Source: Callorhinchus milii (Eukaryota). Taken from it: a stretch of DNA of 64,000 bases. Position numbers and translations under genes: made by a program. Location: assembly GCF_018977255.1 (NCBI RefSeq), contig NW_024704743.1, positions 105,278,001-105,342,000 of the forward strand, in the 5' to 3' direction. The notes below the pieces were generated by a model, which saw nothing but the letters and a program-made list of their open reading frames with translations, had not been told where the DNA came from and ran no database searches. Shown here piece after piece: positions 49,580-61,580 of this stretch (within the stretch, counting starts at the first letter, position 1; each line of letters starts with the position of its first letter).

Positions 49580-51648
49580 CTGCAGACACACCCAGTAATG
49601 ATGGCAAATTAGAATAATTACAACTTTCATAATTAAAGTGAACAGAATTGTAAGAAAAATGCAAGCGCTCAATCAACTGCTTTCAAAACAACTATATTTT
49701 TTGAAGAGTCAACTTGTTTAGTTTTGAATATTTAATGGTTACTACTTATAATGTGAATATCTGTGCACTTAAACTGGAAATTTAAATATGGCAACTATCC
49801 AAATATGCTAATGGCCTATTTATTCAGGTGATCAAATATGAATGTTAATCTGGAAGATACTGAAGATTCAATAAACAACTTCTTTTTACACTTTAAAACT
49901 TAATTTTACAGTATAGCAAACCAACCTTGTGTTCATATCATTTAGCTTGTTTCTAAGAAATTAGTATATACCATATTTACTACATTAAATGTTCAAAGCC
50001 AATACGCATTTTGACTGCCTGAATGAACTATCTTACAAATGCAGTTTTTGATGACTTATTGAAAATGTCTTGCACCACATCCAAAATATAAATAACATAT
50101 GGTTTAATTACTAGTTAAATGTGAAAGGTGCTATACAAGTGTAATTTGTTGTTGTCGTTAATACATTTGTTTTAACCATTGTCACAATTAAAATATCGTA
50201 ATGGTTAGAAACTAGATCAAACATGATCTCTGAAAATAAATTGAAGCAATTTAAATGTAATTTTCAAAATATGTAATGATAGCCCTACAGAAATTGTATT
50301 GCATGACAAATACTGATTTTGAAATAAGACTCAAATGAAGCTTTGTTACTTTTTCACACATTTGTTCAGCAATGTTAAAAGTGTAACCAGTTGATATGAC
50401 ATTTGTAATACAGGATCGTACAATTTTTTGAAAACAATACATATTGAAATGTTCATCAAAATGATAACAAATGACAAAGAATCATTTTGGATACAAAATA
50501 GAGCTATAAACCACTTACCATACATGTGCAAGTGGGATTGGTAAAACCTATATAATTGTGTCATGCTTTGATAAACAAAGAAAAGGGCCAAACAATTTTT
50601 GTGAAAATGTTGCCGTTTTAAATTAAAAAATAAAATTATTGCACAAAAAGTGTGGTATTTAAGGTATTATGCAGTACAACACTGCTGAAATATTATCTTT
50701 AAATACTCTACAACAGCTGTCTCATCCATCCACCAGCTTTTGGTTTCTGTCTGACCATTTATCGAACCGTCCTCCTAACATGAAAGGTGCTATACAAATG
50801 TAATCTGTTGTTGGACCAAACTTTATGAACCAACCATTATATACGGTTCTCCTATCATCTATGAGTTTGGTATGCAAAGTAGGTCACTGAAAGTTTCTTC
50901 TTGCCCAGATATTTGAAGCAGTCAGGATTCTTGTATTTTCCAATGAGAACAGTTCTTTTCTTCTCTCCTATAGCTTTGCAGAAAAATTTCCTTCGAAGCT
51001 TCCCTTGCTTTTATCCCACATTTGGAATGCAGTGTCTTATTCAGGAGTGCACAAAATAACATTTCTTCCGTGCAAACCATAAAATCCATCAATAGCAATT
51101 TCCCCTTGCACTCACTTACTACATTCTCTGTGTCATTTGCAGTTTGCCAATCACAAAAATGTGACAAATGTTTCAATGTTTTTTGAAGGAATCCAACAGG
51201 AAACTTTGAATCGTAAGTTTTCTACCTCGAAGTAAATGTCAGCACCTTTCCACATTAATGGTCCTGACCGTGAAATGTTTTTAGATACAAGAACCTGAAA
51301 TTATTTTCAGACCAATTCATTAACATCCCCAATGTCTGCAAAATTCTTCCTTAAACTTTAAGATTATCTGATGTATTTTGCATTGGCTGAATTTAAATTG
51401 TTCCAATTGCTTGAGACTTCCTATTCTTGCAAAGGTGAGCTTTTTGACACCAATATGATCTGCAATGATTAACTCTATCCCTGTCTTCTTGGCTGGTGAC
51501 TCTTTTTCTCCAGCCAACGAAACTCATTTTGCACCCTATTCATATACCTTCCTCTCCCCCACCATGTAAGCATGTGAAGCAGCTGCACTCTGCAAACAGA
51601 AGTACACAACAAACACTTACCCAATCTAACTGATCAATTGTGTACCTT

Positions 51649-53185
51649 ACAACAACAAAATTACATTTGTATAATAGCGCCTTTCACATCAGGAGGACAT
51701 TCCAAGGCGCTGGACAGACAAGAGTTACGGACCCAAGCTGGGGATCGGGGTGGGGTAGGGTGGAGGGCAGGGGGGGAAGCAGGGAGATCGAAAGCACGAT
51801 TGAAGAGGAGGGTCTTGAGGTGGGTTTTGAAGGTGGCGAGGGAGGGAATGAAGCAAAGGGACTGCAGGATGAAGTTCCAGAAGGTGGGTGTGGAGTGGCG
51901 GAAGGCACACCCACCGATAGTGGGGCGAGCGAGGCAGGGGATGTGAAGCAGGCTGGAGCCCGCTGAGGGGAGGGAGCGAACAGGGTGGTAGGGGGTTAGG
52001 AGGTCGGAGAGGCGGTGGGGTGGGGGGGGGAAGAGGAGCAAGACCATGGGTGGCTTTGAAGGTGAGGACCAGGATCTTGAACTGTATCCTCTGTGTGATG
52101 GGAAGCCAATGGATTTGGGCAAGGATGGGGTTGATAGGGTCGTGGAGCCTAGTGTAGGAGAGGACATGGGCTGCAGAGTTCTGGATGATCTGCAGCCTGT
52201 GGAGGGAGGAGTTGGGGAGGCCGACAAGCAGTGAGTTTGCATAGTCGAGCCTCGATGTAATGAATGCGTGTATAAGGGTTTCGGCGGCCTGCGGTGTGAA
52301 ACAGTGTCAGAGTTGGGCGACGTTGCGGAGGTGGGGGAAAGCAGAGCAGGTCATGGCACAGATGTGGGGTAGAAAGGATATTTGAGGCTCAAACAAGACC
52401 CCAAAGTTCCAGACTGGCTTAGCAAGGTGGAGTGTGCAACCATGGATGATGATACTGTCAGACGATGCTGAGGAGGCGCTGACAGGAGCCAATCAGGAGA
52501 GCCTCGGTCTTGTTGACATTCAACTGAAGAAAGTTAGCTCTTATCCAGGACTTGATATCTGATAGACATTCTGTCAGGACAGCAGTGATCCCAGAGTCAA
52601 GGGTGGAGGCAGAGAGGTACAGTTGGGTGTCATTCGAATATATGCGGAAGTTGAACCCATGTCTGTGGATGATGTCACCAAGAGGGAGCATATAGATGTT
52701 GAAGAGGGGACCAAGGACAGAGCCCTGAGAAACGCCGCATGAGACGGTCCTGGGGCTAGAGGAGAAGTTGTTTGAGATGAAGTGAAGGCGTGTGAGAGGT
52801 ACGATCTGAACCAATCAAGGACAGCGCCGTGGAGGTTGAGGTGAGGAGAGGTGGTGGATGAGGATAGAACGGTCGACGGTGTCGAAAGCATCAGAGAGGT
52901 CAAGGAGGACGAAGAGGCAGAGGAAGCCCTGGCCGCAGATGAACAGAATGTCATTTGTCACTTTGACCAGGGCGGTTTTTGTGCTGTGGGCAGCACGGAA
53001 GCCCAATTGGAGGGGTTCGAGAAGGGAGTGGCGGAAGAGGAAGGAGTGAAGCTGAGAAGCAACAACTCATTCCAGGACCTTGGAAAGGAAAGGGAGGTTG
53101 GAGATGGGTTGGTAGTTAGGGGGTAGAGAAGGGTCCAGGGAGGGTTTTTTTAATTAAAGGACAGGAGTGATGACAGCGGTTTTAT
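51649..53185 (-). mobile_element. L2 LINE, 5'-truncated
   Basis: [34 protein letters not shown]; tail at 51649. Confidence 0.93.
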
Positions 53186-53439
53186 AGAACAAGCTTCTAT
53201 CACCACTGATCATTTTATATGGGTAAAACAGAACATGTACACTGATACAATTTTCAAAGAAAAGGAAACCTTTGCTTTACAAAAGGGGGAATTATTTCAA
53301 AATAATGCAAATAGGCCTTTTTAATCCAGCAATAGGAATCAACAAAGGTAGCTTTGTGTGTGCGTCCGTGCATATGAGTGTGTGTGCATGCCTGCAGCAT
53401 GTTGGGTGGGGGGCATATTCCTTACATTCATTTGATGGT

Positions 53440-53582
53440 CATTCCATGGCTGTTTGTGGGACGTTGCTGTACAAAACTGCCATGTTCACCTACAAATACA
53501 GTCAGTTCACAGCAAAATCGAAATGTCTTGACAACTTGATAAGATACTATATCAAAGGGCAAGCATTGATATTATTATTATG
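53440..53582 (+). mobile_element. SINE 3' fragment
   Basis: gctgtttgtgggacgttgctgt...attattatta. Confidence 0.7.
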
Positions 53583-53956
53583 TAGGTAAGGATGAAAAAA
53601 ATGTGTGCTAGTCACAGGCTGCAACAAAATGGCAGGATTAGCTGGGCATGTAGAGCATGCAAGAGTTCATTCAGTACTAAATGTTTTGACCACAATGGAT
53701 AGAACAGATTCCACTTTATATGCAAGGTTAAGCCACACTGAAAAGTACTCACGTTCACATTTAGGAACATAAGTCATTCAGACTTGAATATTCGGTTCAA
53801 GCATTCACATAAAAGTTAATTTGAAAATAAAAAAAACTTTGCAGATTGAAAATGTTCAGCTACTACTTCGGTAGTATACCTATTCCGATTAGATAAAGAA
53901 TTTCTGCATTGGTTGAGGACCATCTAAATTAGTTTTGTTTCTCAATGTGTTCTTAC

Positions 53957-54083
53957 CTTTTGCTCAGTCAACAAGTCTGTAATAGTCTGAGACATCTCAT
54001 CCAAACTCTGAGCTGCTTTTACCAGGTTACGAAGAACTTGAATATGCTGATTCAAAGGCTCAAAGTCACACAGCGTAGGAACC
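53957..54083 (-). CDS. RB1CC1: RB1CC1 coding exon VPTLCDFEPLNQHIQVLRNLVKAAQSLDEMSQTITDLLTEQK
   Basis: Hand translation; aag acceptor, gtaaga donor; 127 bp. Confidence 0.95.
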
Positions 54084-54843
54084 CTTACAGAAAAATAAAC
54101 CAGAAAGATGATATATTACTCAGCTTTACAACAAAGCAGCCCTCAGTTATCCTCCACATACCATGGCTAAGGATAGAATAAAAAGGAAAAAAACCAAAAC
54201 AAAAAGAATTTCAGCCAAATCTTTATATTATGTCCTCCTTTCAACCTTTTCATTTAAGGATAGTACAACAAACAAAAAATTGTATTCAAATAAAAGCTTT
54301 ATTCACATTTGCAACAGCATTCTTCCCACTCAGCCAATGCCTCACCTTCAACAAGCACAGCTTTTCATTGACTTAAAATGAAACGCCAATCAGACTTACA
54401 AACTCTGGCAGGAATCTTCATTTTGGGACTGTCTTAAAACATTAAGTAACTTCTTTCCTACTCTCTTGGTGATGACATAAAAATGGAAGCAACTTCAGTA
54501 CTAAAGGTTGTTTATAAAGAAATCTTGCTCAGAGTACTTATCAGTGCCTGAAGAGCCAGAAAGGCAGTGAGCACTTAAGTGCTGTCAAATCATCTCTGTG
54601 TTGTGCTACTGGCGTGTAAAATGAAAAATAGCAAATACTATCAAGAGAACAATCCTAACCAAAACATGAATTTTTGGTTGATGGGGGATAAAATCTGTTG
54701 TCCTGGAGATTTTCACATTATCCAGTGCCTTGGGATGTCCTCTCGACGTGAAAGATGCTACACAAATGTAACTGGTTGTTGTTGATGTAATTTGAATACA
54801 GTGCCTGTATCACATGCACACACCATTCAGGTGTGCAGGTTAC

Positions 54844-54947
54844 CTGAGGAAAGGCTGCACTTCTGGAGGACAGCAAGTCTGCAGAAACTGCAGGTCAGAC
54901 AAAGATATGTCAGGAAGCTCAAAATCAAACTTCCGAGGCTTGCGGGT
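54844..54947 (-). CDS. RB1CC1: RB1CC1 coding exon TRKPRKFDFELPDISLSDLQFLQTCCPPEVQPFL(R)
   Basis: Hand translation; poly-T tract plus ag acceptor, gtaac donor; 104 bp. Confidence 0.95.
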
Positions 54948-55338
54948 CTAAAAAAAAGAGCAAAAAAATTAACACGTTGCAAAACACATATATTAAATAT
55001 AAACATATATTATCAGTATGAGTCAATAGGTTGCTATTTGTGCAATTTAGTGGGATGAGCTGGAATCAATTCCCAACTGCATTTCGGCCTCAAGTTATTG
55101 TTCTGATCATGGTGTATTTTAAAAACTGATTTTCTACCAAGTCAAATATATTGTCATGGTAAATATTTTAAAATGAGCAGTTTTGGGAGAGCACAGCAGT
55201 AGAAGGTAGAGACCTTCATCTGTCAGTTAGTGATAAGAGTACATGCCAGCAGTGAATATTTATATTCCAATCATTTTTGATTTTTTTAAAAAAAAATCAG
55301 GATTTGTTTAAACTGGCACGATGACAGATTGAAACATA

Positions 55339-55538
55339 TAATAATAATAATCCTTGCATTTGATATAGCGCTTTTCACGTCGGGAGGACGTCCCAAAGCG
55401 CTTCACAGAACACACTGTAAAGTGAATTGACTGTATATTTGTGGGCGAACGCGGCAGCCAATTGCGCACAGCAATGTCCCACAGTCGTAGATTGAAAATG
55501 ATCAATTTATTATTGTTTTTGGTTTTGGAGGGATTATT
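55339..55538 (-). mobile_element. SINE, 5'-truncated, young (CTCCC-loop tail)
   Basis: Near-identical to the corresponding part of 60521-60840. Confidence 0.9.
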
Positions 55539-55889
55539 TGATGTCTCTGTGGTTACCAGAGTACAATGCCTAACTTGACCCACTAAGAAGGATTTTCAGG
55601 ACGTTGGCCAAACGTCTGGAAAGATGCAAAAGCCACATCACTTAAAGCAGGAGAGGTACTATACACTCTATATTTAAAAAAACATATCAGTCTAAAAGTA
55701 CAACTTAGTATTTAATTGTTAAAGCCATTATTTATACTCATGAGCAACATTTACCCATATGCACTCCATAAACAAGTTATGTTCAATTCTACCTAATTAT
55801 TAGATTAATTCCATATTCAATAGTTTTAATATTTATTCATTTAAATATGGTGCAGTACCATTATAACACACTTATGATCAGGACACAGA

Positions 55890-56735
55890 CAGACTGGTAA
55901 AATGGGCGGACACGTGGCAGATGAAGTTTAATGTGGAGAAATGCAAAGTGATGCATTTTGGGAGGAAGAATGAGGAGAGGCAATGTAAGCTGATGGCACA
56001 ATCTTAAAGGGGGTGAAGGAACAGAGAGATCTGGGGGTTCATATAAGTAAATCTTTGAAGGTGGCAGGACAGGTAAATAAAGCTGTTAATAAAGCATATG
56101 GGATACTGGGCTTTACAAATAGGGACATAGAATATAAAAGTCAGAAAGTCGTGATGAACCTTCACAAAACATTGGTTCGGCCTCAGCTAGAGTACTGTGT
56201 TCAGTTCTGGGCACAAAACTTTAAGAAGGATGTCCAGGCATTGGAGAGGGTGCAAAGGAGATTTACCAGGATGGTACCAGGAATGAGGGGCTTCAGTTAT
56301 CAGGAGAGCTAGAGAAACTAGGATCAATCTCCTTGGAGCAGAGAAGGTTAAAAGGAGACTTAATAGAAGTTTTCAAAATTATGAGGGGGATTCGATGGAG
56401 TGAAAAAGGAGAAACTATTTCCATTGCAGGTGGGTCAGTAACCTGAGGACACAGATTTAAAATAGTTGTTAAAAGAAACAAAGGGGAAGTGAGAAGAAAT
56501 GTTTTCATACACCGCGTTGTTCAGATCTGGAATGCATTGCCTGAAAGGGTGATGAAAGCAAATTCGATAACTGCTTTTAAGAGTAGATAATTATTTGGGG
56601 AAGACAAGTTTACAGGGCTATGGGGAGAGAGCGGGGGAGTGAGATTGATTTGGATAGCTCTTTTAAAAGAGCCGGAACAGGCACGATGGACTGAATGGCC
56701 TCCTTCTGTGCTGTATAATTCTATGATTCTATGAC
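55890..56735 (+). mobile_element. CR1 LINE 3' end
   Basis: WQMKFNVEKCKVMHFG, LVRPQLEYCVQFW; (ATTCTATG)n tail. Confidence 0.92.
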
Positions 56736-56920
56736 TTCTATATAGCATGAATTTGAATGCAATCTGATTACATGGTGGACCACTTTTGCTGCATGGGTCC
56801 ACACCAGGCTTCTATCTAGTAGTTTAGGCACTAAACGAGAGAGGTCTGGGTCATTAGGTCGTCAATGACGTCTCTACCAGCTTATCTGCATATATATGCA
56901 GATACCTCCCTGTAATGTTT

Positions 56921-56924
<4 letters not shown>

Positions 56925-56954
<30 letters not shown>
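56925..56954. repeat. (TA)15 microsatellite
   Basis: Read directly from the sequence. Confidence 0.95.
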
Positions 56955-56959
<5 letters not shown>

Positions 56960-56996
56960 GGAAGTGACAGAGGCAGCAATCTAATGATCTGGAAAT

Positions 56997-57321
56997 CTAA
57001 TACTAATACTAATCCTAATACTAATCCTTGCATTTGATATAGCGCTTTTCACGTCGGGAGGACGTCCCAAAGCGCTTCACAGAACACACTATAAAGTGAA
57101 TCGACTATATATTTGTGGGCGAGCGCGGCAGCCAATTGCGCACAGCAATGTCCCACAAACAGTCATGGATTGAAAATGACCTTTTTATTATTGTTTTTGG
57201 AGGGATTATTATCAGGCGTGTGGAGTAAGGAAACTTGCCCAAGGTTTCGCCCTGCCCTGGAATCGAACTCAGGTCTCTCGCTTGCAAAGCGAGTGCTCTA
57301 ACCACTGAGCCACAGGACTCC
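56997..57321 (-). mobile_element. SINE, young deleted subfamily; tail drifted to (ATTAGT)n
   Basis: Intact A and B boxes; CTCCC-loop tail. Confidence 0.92.
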
Positions 57322-57589
57322 ACTATTTTAGCTTCCTGCTCTAAAATACATTTGACTTCCAGGTGATCAGGTTGCAGACAAAGTAACTTTCTTCTTTGCA
57401 CATGCTCAGCAACAGGAATTGATATCGGTGGTGAACTGGAAGCCAGCCATTTTTTTAAAAAAACTCAAGGAACCCACCAGCTTACAGCTTGGATTTTATA
57501 ATGAGGCTCCACTGTACATAAGGATGGACATTTTAGCAAATGAAGGAAACAGTTTTAAAGGCTCAATGGCAGACAAGAAGAGTTCAAAT

Positions 57590-57692
57590 GTTCAGACAAA
57601 AGTTCATCGACCTGAAACGTTAACTCACTTTCCTCTCTCCATAGATGCTGCCTGACCTGCTGAGTCCTCCCAGTGACTTTGGATTTTATTTA
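57590..57692 (+). mobile_element. Second fragment of the Penelope-type repeat
   Basis: catcgacctgaaacgttaactcactttcctctctccatagatgctgcctgacctgctgagt matches 28750-28842. Confidence 0.65.
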
Positions 57693-57854
57693 AAATGTAT
57701 TAAGTTTTTTTCCAATAATCAGAGCTGTAGTTTGCAAATGAAAACCTTGTGGAACATAAGGTTTAATTATGTGCTAATATGGAATATTTCAATATTCTAA
57801 CATCTTAAACACGTGGTATTCTGATTTTTCTGAAAGAAAAAATCATTTACATAC

Positions 57855-57919
57855 ACAAAACGATGATGCTGGCCAAGAGTCTAGTCCCTTAAATAAGCGA
57901 TTCCTTAGAAAAGACCTTC
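57855..57919 (-). CDS. RB1CC1: RB1CC1 coding exon (R)RSFLRNRLFKGLDSWPASSFC
   Basis: Hand translation; cag acceptor, gtatgt donor; 65 bp. Confidence 0.93.
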
Positions 57920-58386
57920 CTGTGGGAAAAAAAATAAGCATACCTCTGTAGATTTGACATTCTTTGAAGGTGAAAATACTTTGTATAATTTAACAAATTG
58001 AACTACTAGAATTTATACTCATAATAAATATTAAACTTATTATAAGATAAGCAATGTCTTTAACAATCCTTCCAAGGGTGTTGATAAGATATACAGAAAA
58101 TATGCAAAAACATCCTTGAATACTACATTTTACAAAATACTCGGCAACCAAAAGTTGAGTTCATTAAATCATTGTATATGCAGACTTCATAAGTATTTCT
58201 GACTTCTACCTTTATGTAATAGGAAATAATATTAAAGAAGGGATTACAGATGCAAAATCTGAAAAATGAGATAAATCATGATAACATCACTGAAGAAGCT
58301 GGTTACCAAATCCATAACACTTTTTTTTTAAAATCAAGCCTCTGAAAAGAAGCTAGGAAAGAGGGAAAACAAATAACATAACTTAC

Positions 58387-58468
58387 TGAACAATTTTCCA
58401 AAAGACTCCCTTTTCGTTCTCTCAGCCTCATAGAGTTGTTTCCCTTCTTTCACAAGAGCACTGGCCCA
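58387..58468 (-). CDS. RB1CC1: RB1CC1 coding exon WASALVKEGKQLYEAERTKRESFGKLF
   Basis: Hand translation; cag acceptor, gtaagt donor; 82 bp; 95-bp upstream intron; phase consistent. Confidence 0.95.
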
Positions 58469-58563
58469 CTGTGTAAAAAGATTATATCATCGATTGCTCA
58501 TAAACATATATTGGATTCTTAACGATACATCGCACGGAGATTAAAAGATGCTGGTTAACTTAC

Positions 58564-58750
58564 CTCCCTGTAATGTTTTGTGAACATTTTACGCCTCACA
58601 ACCTCCACAACTGCTAGGCAATACATCTGAGGAACAGTGCTAAGTGCCTCTACAACCCGTACTCGCTCTTGCAGTTCAGTCAAAAGTCGTAGCAAAGCTT
58701 GTAGTTTTTCACCATTCTGGTCTGCATGAAGCATCACATAACAACACCAC
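58564..58750 (-). CDS. RB1CC1: RB1CC1/FIP200 coding exon (first in window; approx. human exon 10), WCCYVMLHADQNGEKLQALLRL...RRKMFTKHYRE
   Basis: Translation is near-identical to recalled vertebrate FIP200. Acceptor ttgctag at 58751-58752, donor gtaagt; 187 bp. Confidence 0.96.
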
Positions 58751-59145
58751 CTAGCAAAGAAATTAAAATATTGAGCACCAATTGCCTTGTAATCATGAAG
58801 CATAAGAGTCTAGAATGTAAAGCATTTGGAAAATAATCACTTAACGGAAAGAAAACAGACTGACTAAAATACTGTTTCTTTTGACCCCAAAGAAAATGAC
58901 AATTTGCAAACATTTATTTTACGATTTGAAGTAAATAAAGTACTCATCTCTAGGTATAGTGATCAATTTGCATATATACTTCACATATCAGAAGTAAAGG
59001 GTCCGACGGAGTTGGAATAATCATTGAAGCATCTAGGTCTTTAACAAGAATCACATACAATAATAATAATACCTCCATGAACCTAACAATAGAGCCATCC
59101 TTTTCATCCCATCTCCCATGACAACTTTATTTTCAGTTAAACACA

Positions 59146-59512
59146 ATAATAACAACAATCTTGCATTTGATTTAGTGCCTTATCATGTCTTCGAGACATC
59201 TCAAAGCACTTCAGAGTATACTGTAAAGTGAATTGACTGTATTTTGCAGGCGAAACACAGCCACCAATTGCGCACAGCAGCGTCCCACAAACAACAGTGG
59301 ATTGAGTGACCAATTTAATATTCATTTATTTATTTTGGAAGGATTATTACCACTGGAAAGCGATCGCCAATCAACTAACAACCGGGTTCCTACTTACCGC
59401 TAGGTAAACAAGAGACATCTGGAGTAAGGAATTTTGGCCAAGGTTTCGCCCCATCCAGGAATTAAACCTAGATCCTCTCGCTTGCGAAGTGTGTGCTCTA
59501 ACCACTACGCTA
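59146..59512 (-). mobile_element. SINE, full-length type
   Basis: Head, body and tail present. Confidence 0.88.
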
Positions 59513-60520
59513 TTTGTTTCTGATATAAAATTAATCCTTGCATTTGATATCAGGAGAACATCTCAAAGCACTTTACAGAAATTTCCCATTCTGTCAACAA
59601 GGCCCACAAAATATAGTCAAATTTACTTTACAGTATATTTTGTGAAGTGCTTTGAGACGTCTCAAAGCAAGGATTATTAATTTTTGATCCAATATTTTTT
59701 CTATAGTAACTGAGTAAAAATAACTTCCAATAGATTTGTGCATTGAAATCAGCACCATAACTTAAATAGTGAGTGAAATTTGACTTAAAAGAAAACTCCA
59801 AAACAGCAAACATGGTCCAAAATGAATTTCCTATTGGACAAAATACCATGAGAATTCTGAACAAATTAGTTTTAGTTCCATGAACTTCGCACTTCATAAT
59901 AGGTCTCAGCCAAATCTTGGCTCCACTTCATACGCGATAAGACCAAGGACTTCTAACAAAAAAAAAATCCCTCTGGCACAGCTGAAGCTTTGTAAAGATT
60001 TTACAACATTTTAAAGAACCTCTCAAAGTCTTCATCCCCAGAGTCTCACAGCGCCTAGCAATAAACTTGTCGTCAAGTATTTGCTTTTATAAGGCAGGCA
60101 TTTTTTTTGTGAAACATTCTCAGGTTTATTTATGCACCACATTAACTGATTGTAACAAACTAGTTTGAAAAGAACATATTTAAGTATTGTCCTAAAGCAT
60201 CATGAAAAGTTTCATGCCATTTTCAAGTTTCATTTCAGATTACAGAAAAATCAAACTAGTATATTAAACAAACATAAAAAAGTGAACAAAGTATACATTA
60301 TATAGGATATAGGCTATATTATATAGGAAATGAAATCAGCAACTTCTAATGAAAGCTGATGCCTATAGACAAAATAATTGTTATTGAATATGGTTACACT
60401 CCACATGCAAGATATGCTACTACACGTACTCCGGCTGCCACTAACTAGGCCAATCCACAAATGAAGTTAAACATTTGCACTCTTTCACATATTGTCACAC
60501 CTAGATCATAGCAATACAGT

Positions 60521-60840
60521 ATAATAATAATAATAATCCTTGCATTTATTATAGCGCTTTTCACGTCGGGAGGACATCCCAAAGCGCTTCACAGAACACA
60601 CTGTAAAGTGAATTGACTGTATATTTGTGGGCAAACGCGGCAGCCAATTGCGCACTGCAATGTCCCACAAACAGTCTAGATTGAAAATGACCAATTTTTA
60701 TTATTTTTTTTGGTTTTTGGAGGGATTATTATTAGGCGTGTGGAGTAAGGAAACTTGCCCAAGGTTTCGCCCTGCCTGGAATTGAACTCAGGTCTCTCGC
60801 TTGCAAAGCGAGTGCTCTAACCACTGAGCCACAGGACTCC
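60521..60840 (-). mobile_element. SINE, young deleted subfamily
   Basis: Near-identical to 56997-57321. Confidence 0.92.
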
Positions 60841-60961
60841 ACACATTATACGAGTAATTTGAGACACATGGCAAGTGTAGGAAGCTTAGTATACTTGGGA
60901 AAAATAGGCAAATTAAAAAGCTAAGGCTCCCAAAGCTTTTCACCACTGGCAGGTTTCCCTG

Positions 60962-61580
60962 AACAACAAAATTATATATGTAAAACGCCTTTCACCCCGG
61001 GAGGATGGAATGGAGTTCCAAAGGGTGGGGGCAGAGTGGCAGAAGGCCTGCCTGCCAATAGTGGAGCGAGCGAGGCGGGGGACATGAAGCAGACCGGAGC
61101 CCGCTGAGCAGAGAGAGCGAACAGGGTGGTGGGGGGTTAGGAGGTCAGAGAAGTAGGGGGGAGCCACACTGTGGAGGGCTTTGAAGGTGAGGACAGGATC
61201 TTGAACTGTATCCTCAGTGTGATGGGAAGCCAGTGGAGTCGGGTGAGGATGGGGGTGATAGGGTCGCGGAGACTAGTGCGGGAGAGGACACTCCGACAAG
61301 CAAGGAGTTTGCATAGTCGAGCCTCAATGTAATGAAAGCATGTATGAGGGTTTCGGTGGACTGTGGTGTGAGACAGTGTCAGAGTCGGGCGACGTTGCTG
61401 AGGTAGGGAAGGCAGAGTAGGTCATGGCGCAGATGTGGGGTAGAAAGAATAGCTGAGGGTCAAACAAGACCTCCAGGTTCCAGATTGGCTTAGTAAGGTG
61501 GAGTGCGCAACCATGGATGGTGATACTGTCAGCGTCTGAAGTGAGGAGGCACTGATGGGAGCCAATCAGGAGAGTTTGAT
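60962..61580 (-). mobile_element. L2 3' part with internal deletions
   Basis: APPYFSDLL...RQAFCHSAPTLWNSIP. Confidence 0.85.

Noticed and set aside
49580..49672. N-terminal hydrophobic extension of the 690-aa ORF (signal or TM-like)
   Set aside because: It is intron sequence upstream of the ctgcag acceptor; homology and phase start at 49579.
57245..57321. tRNA-Ala(TGC)-like cloverleaf (also at 5736 and 60765-60840)
   Set aside because: It is the SINE head: no proper acceptor stem, and it continues into the SINE body in many copies.
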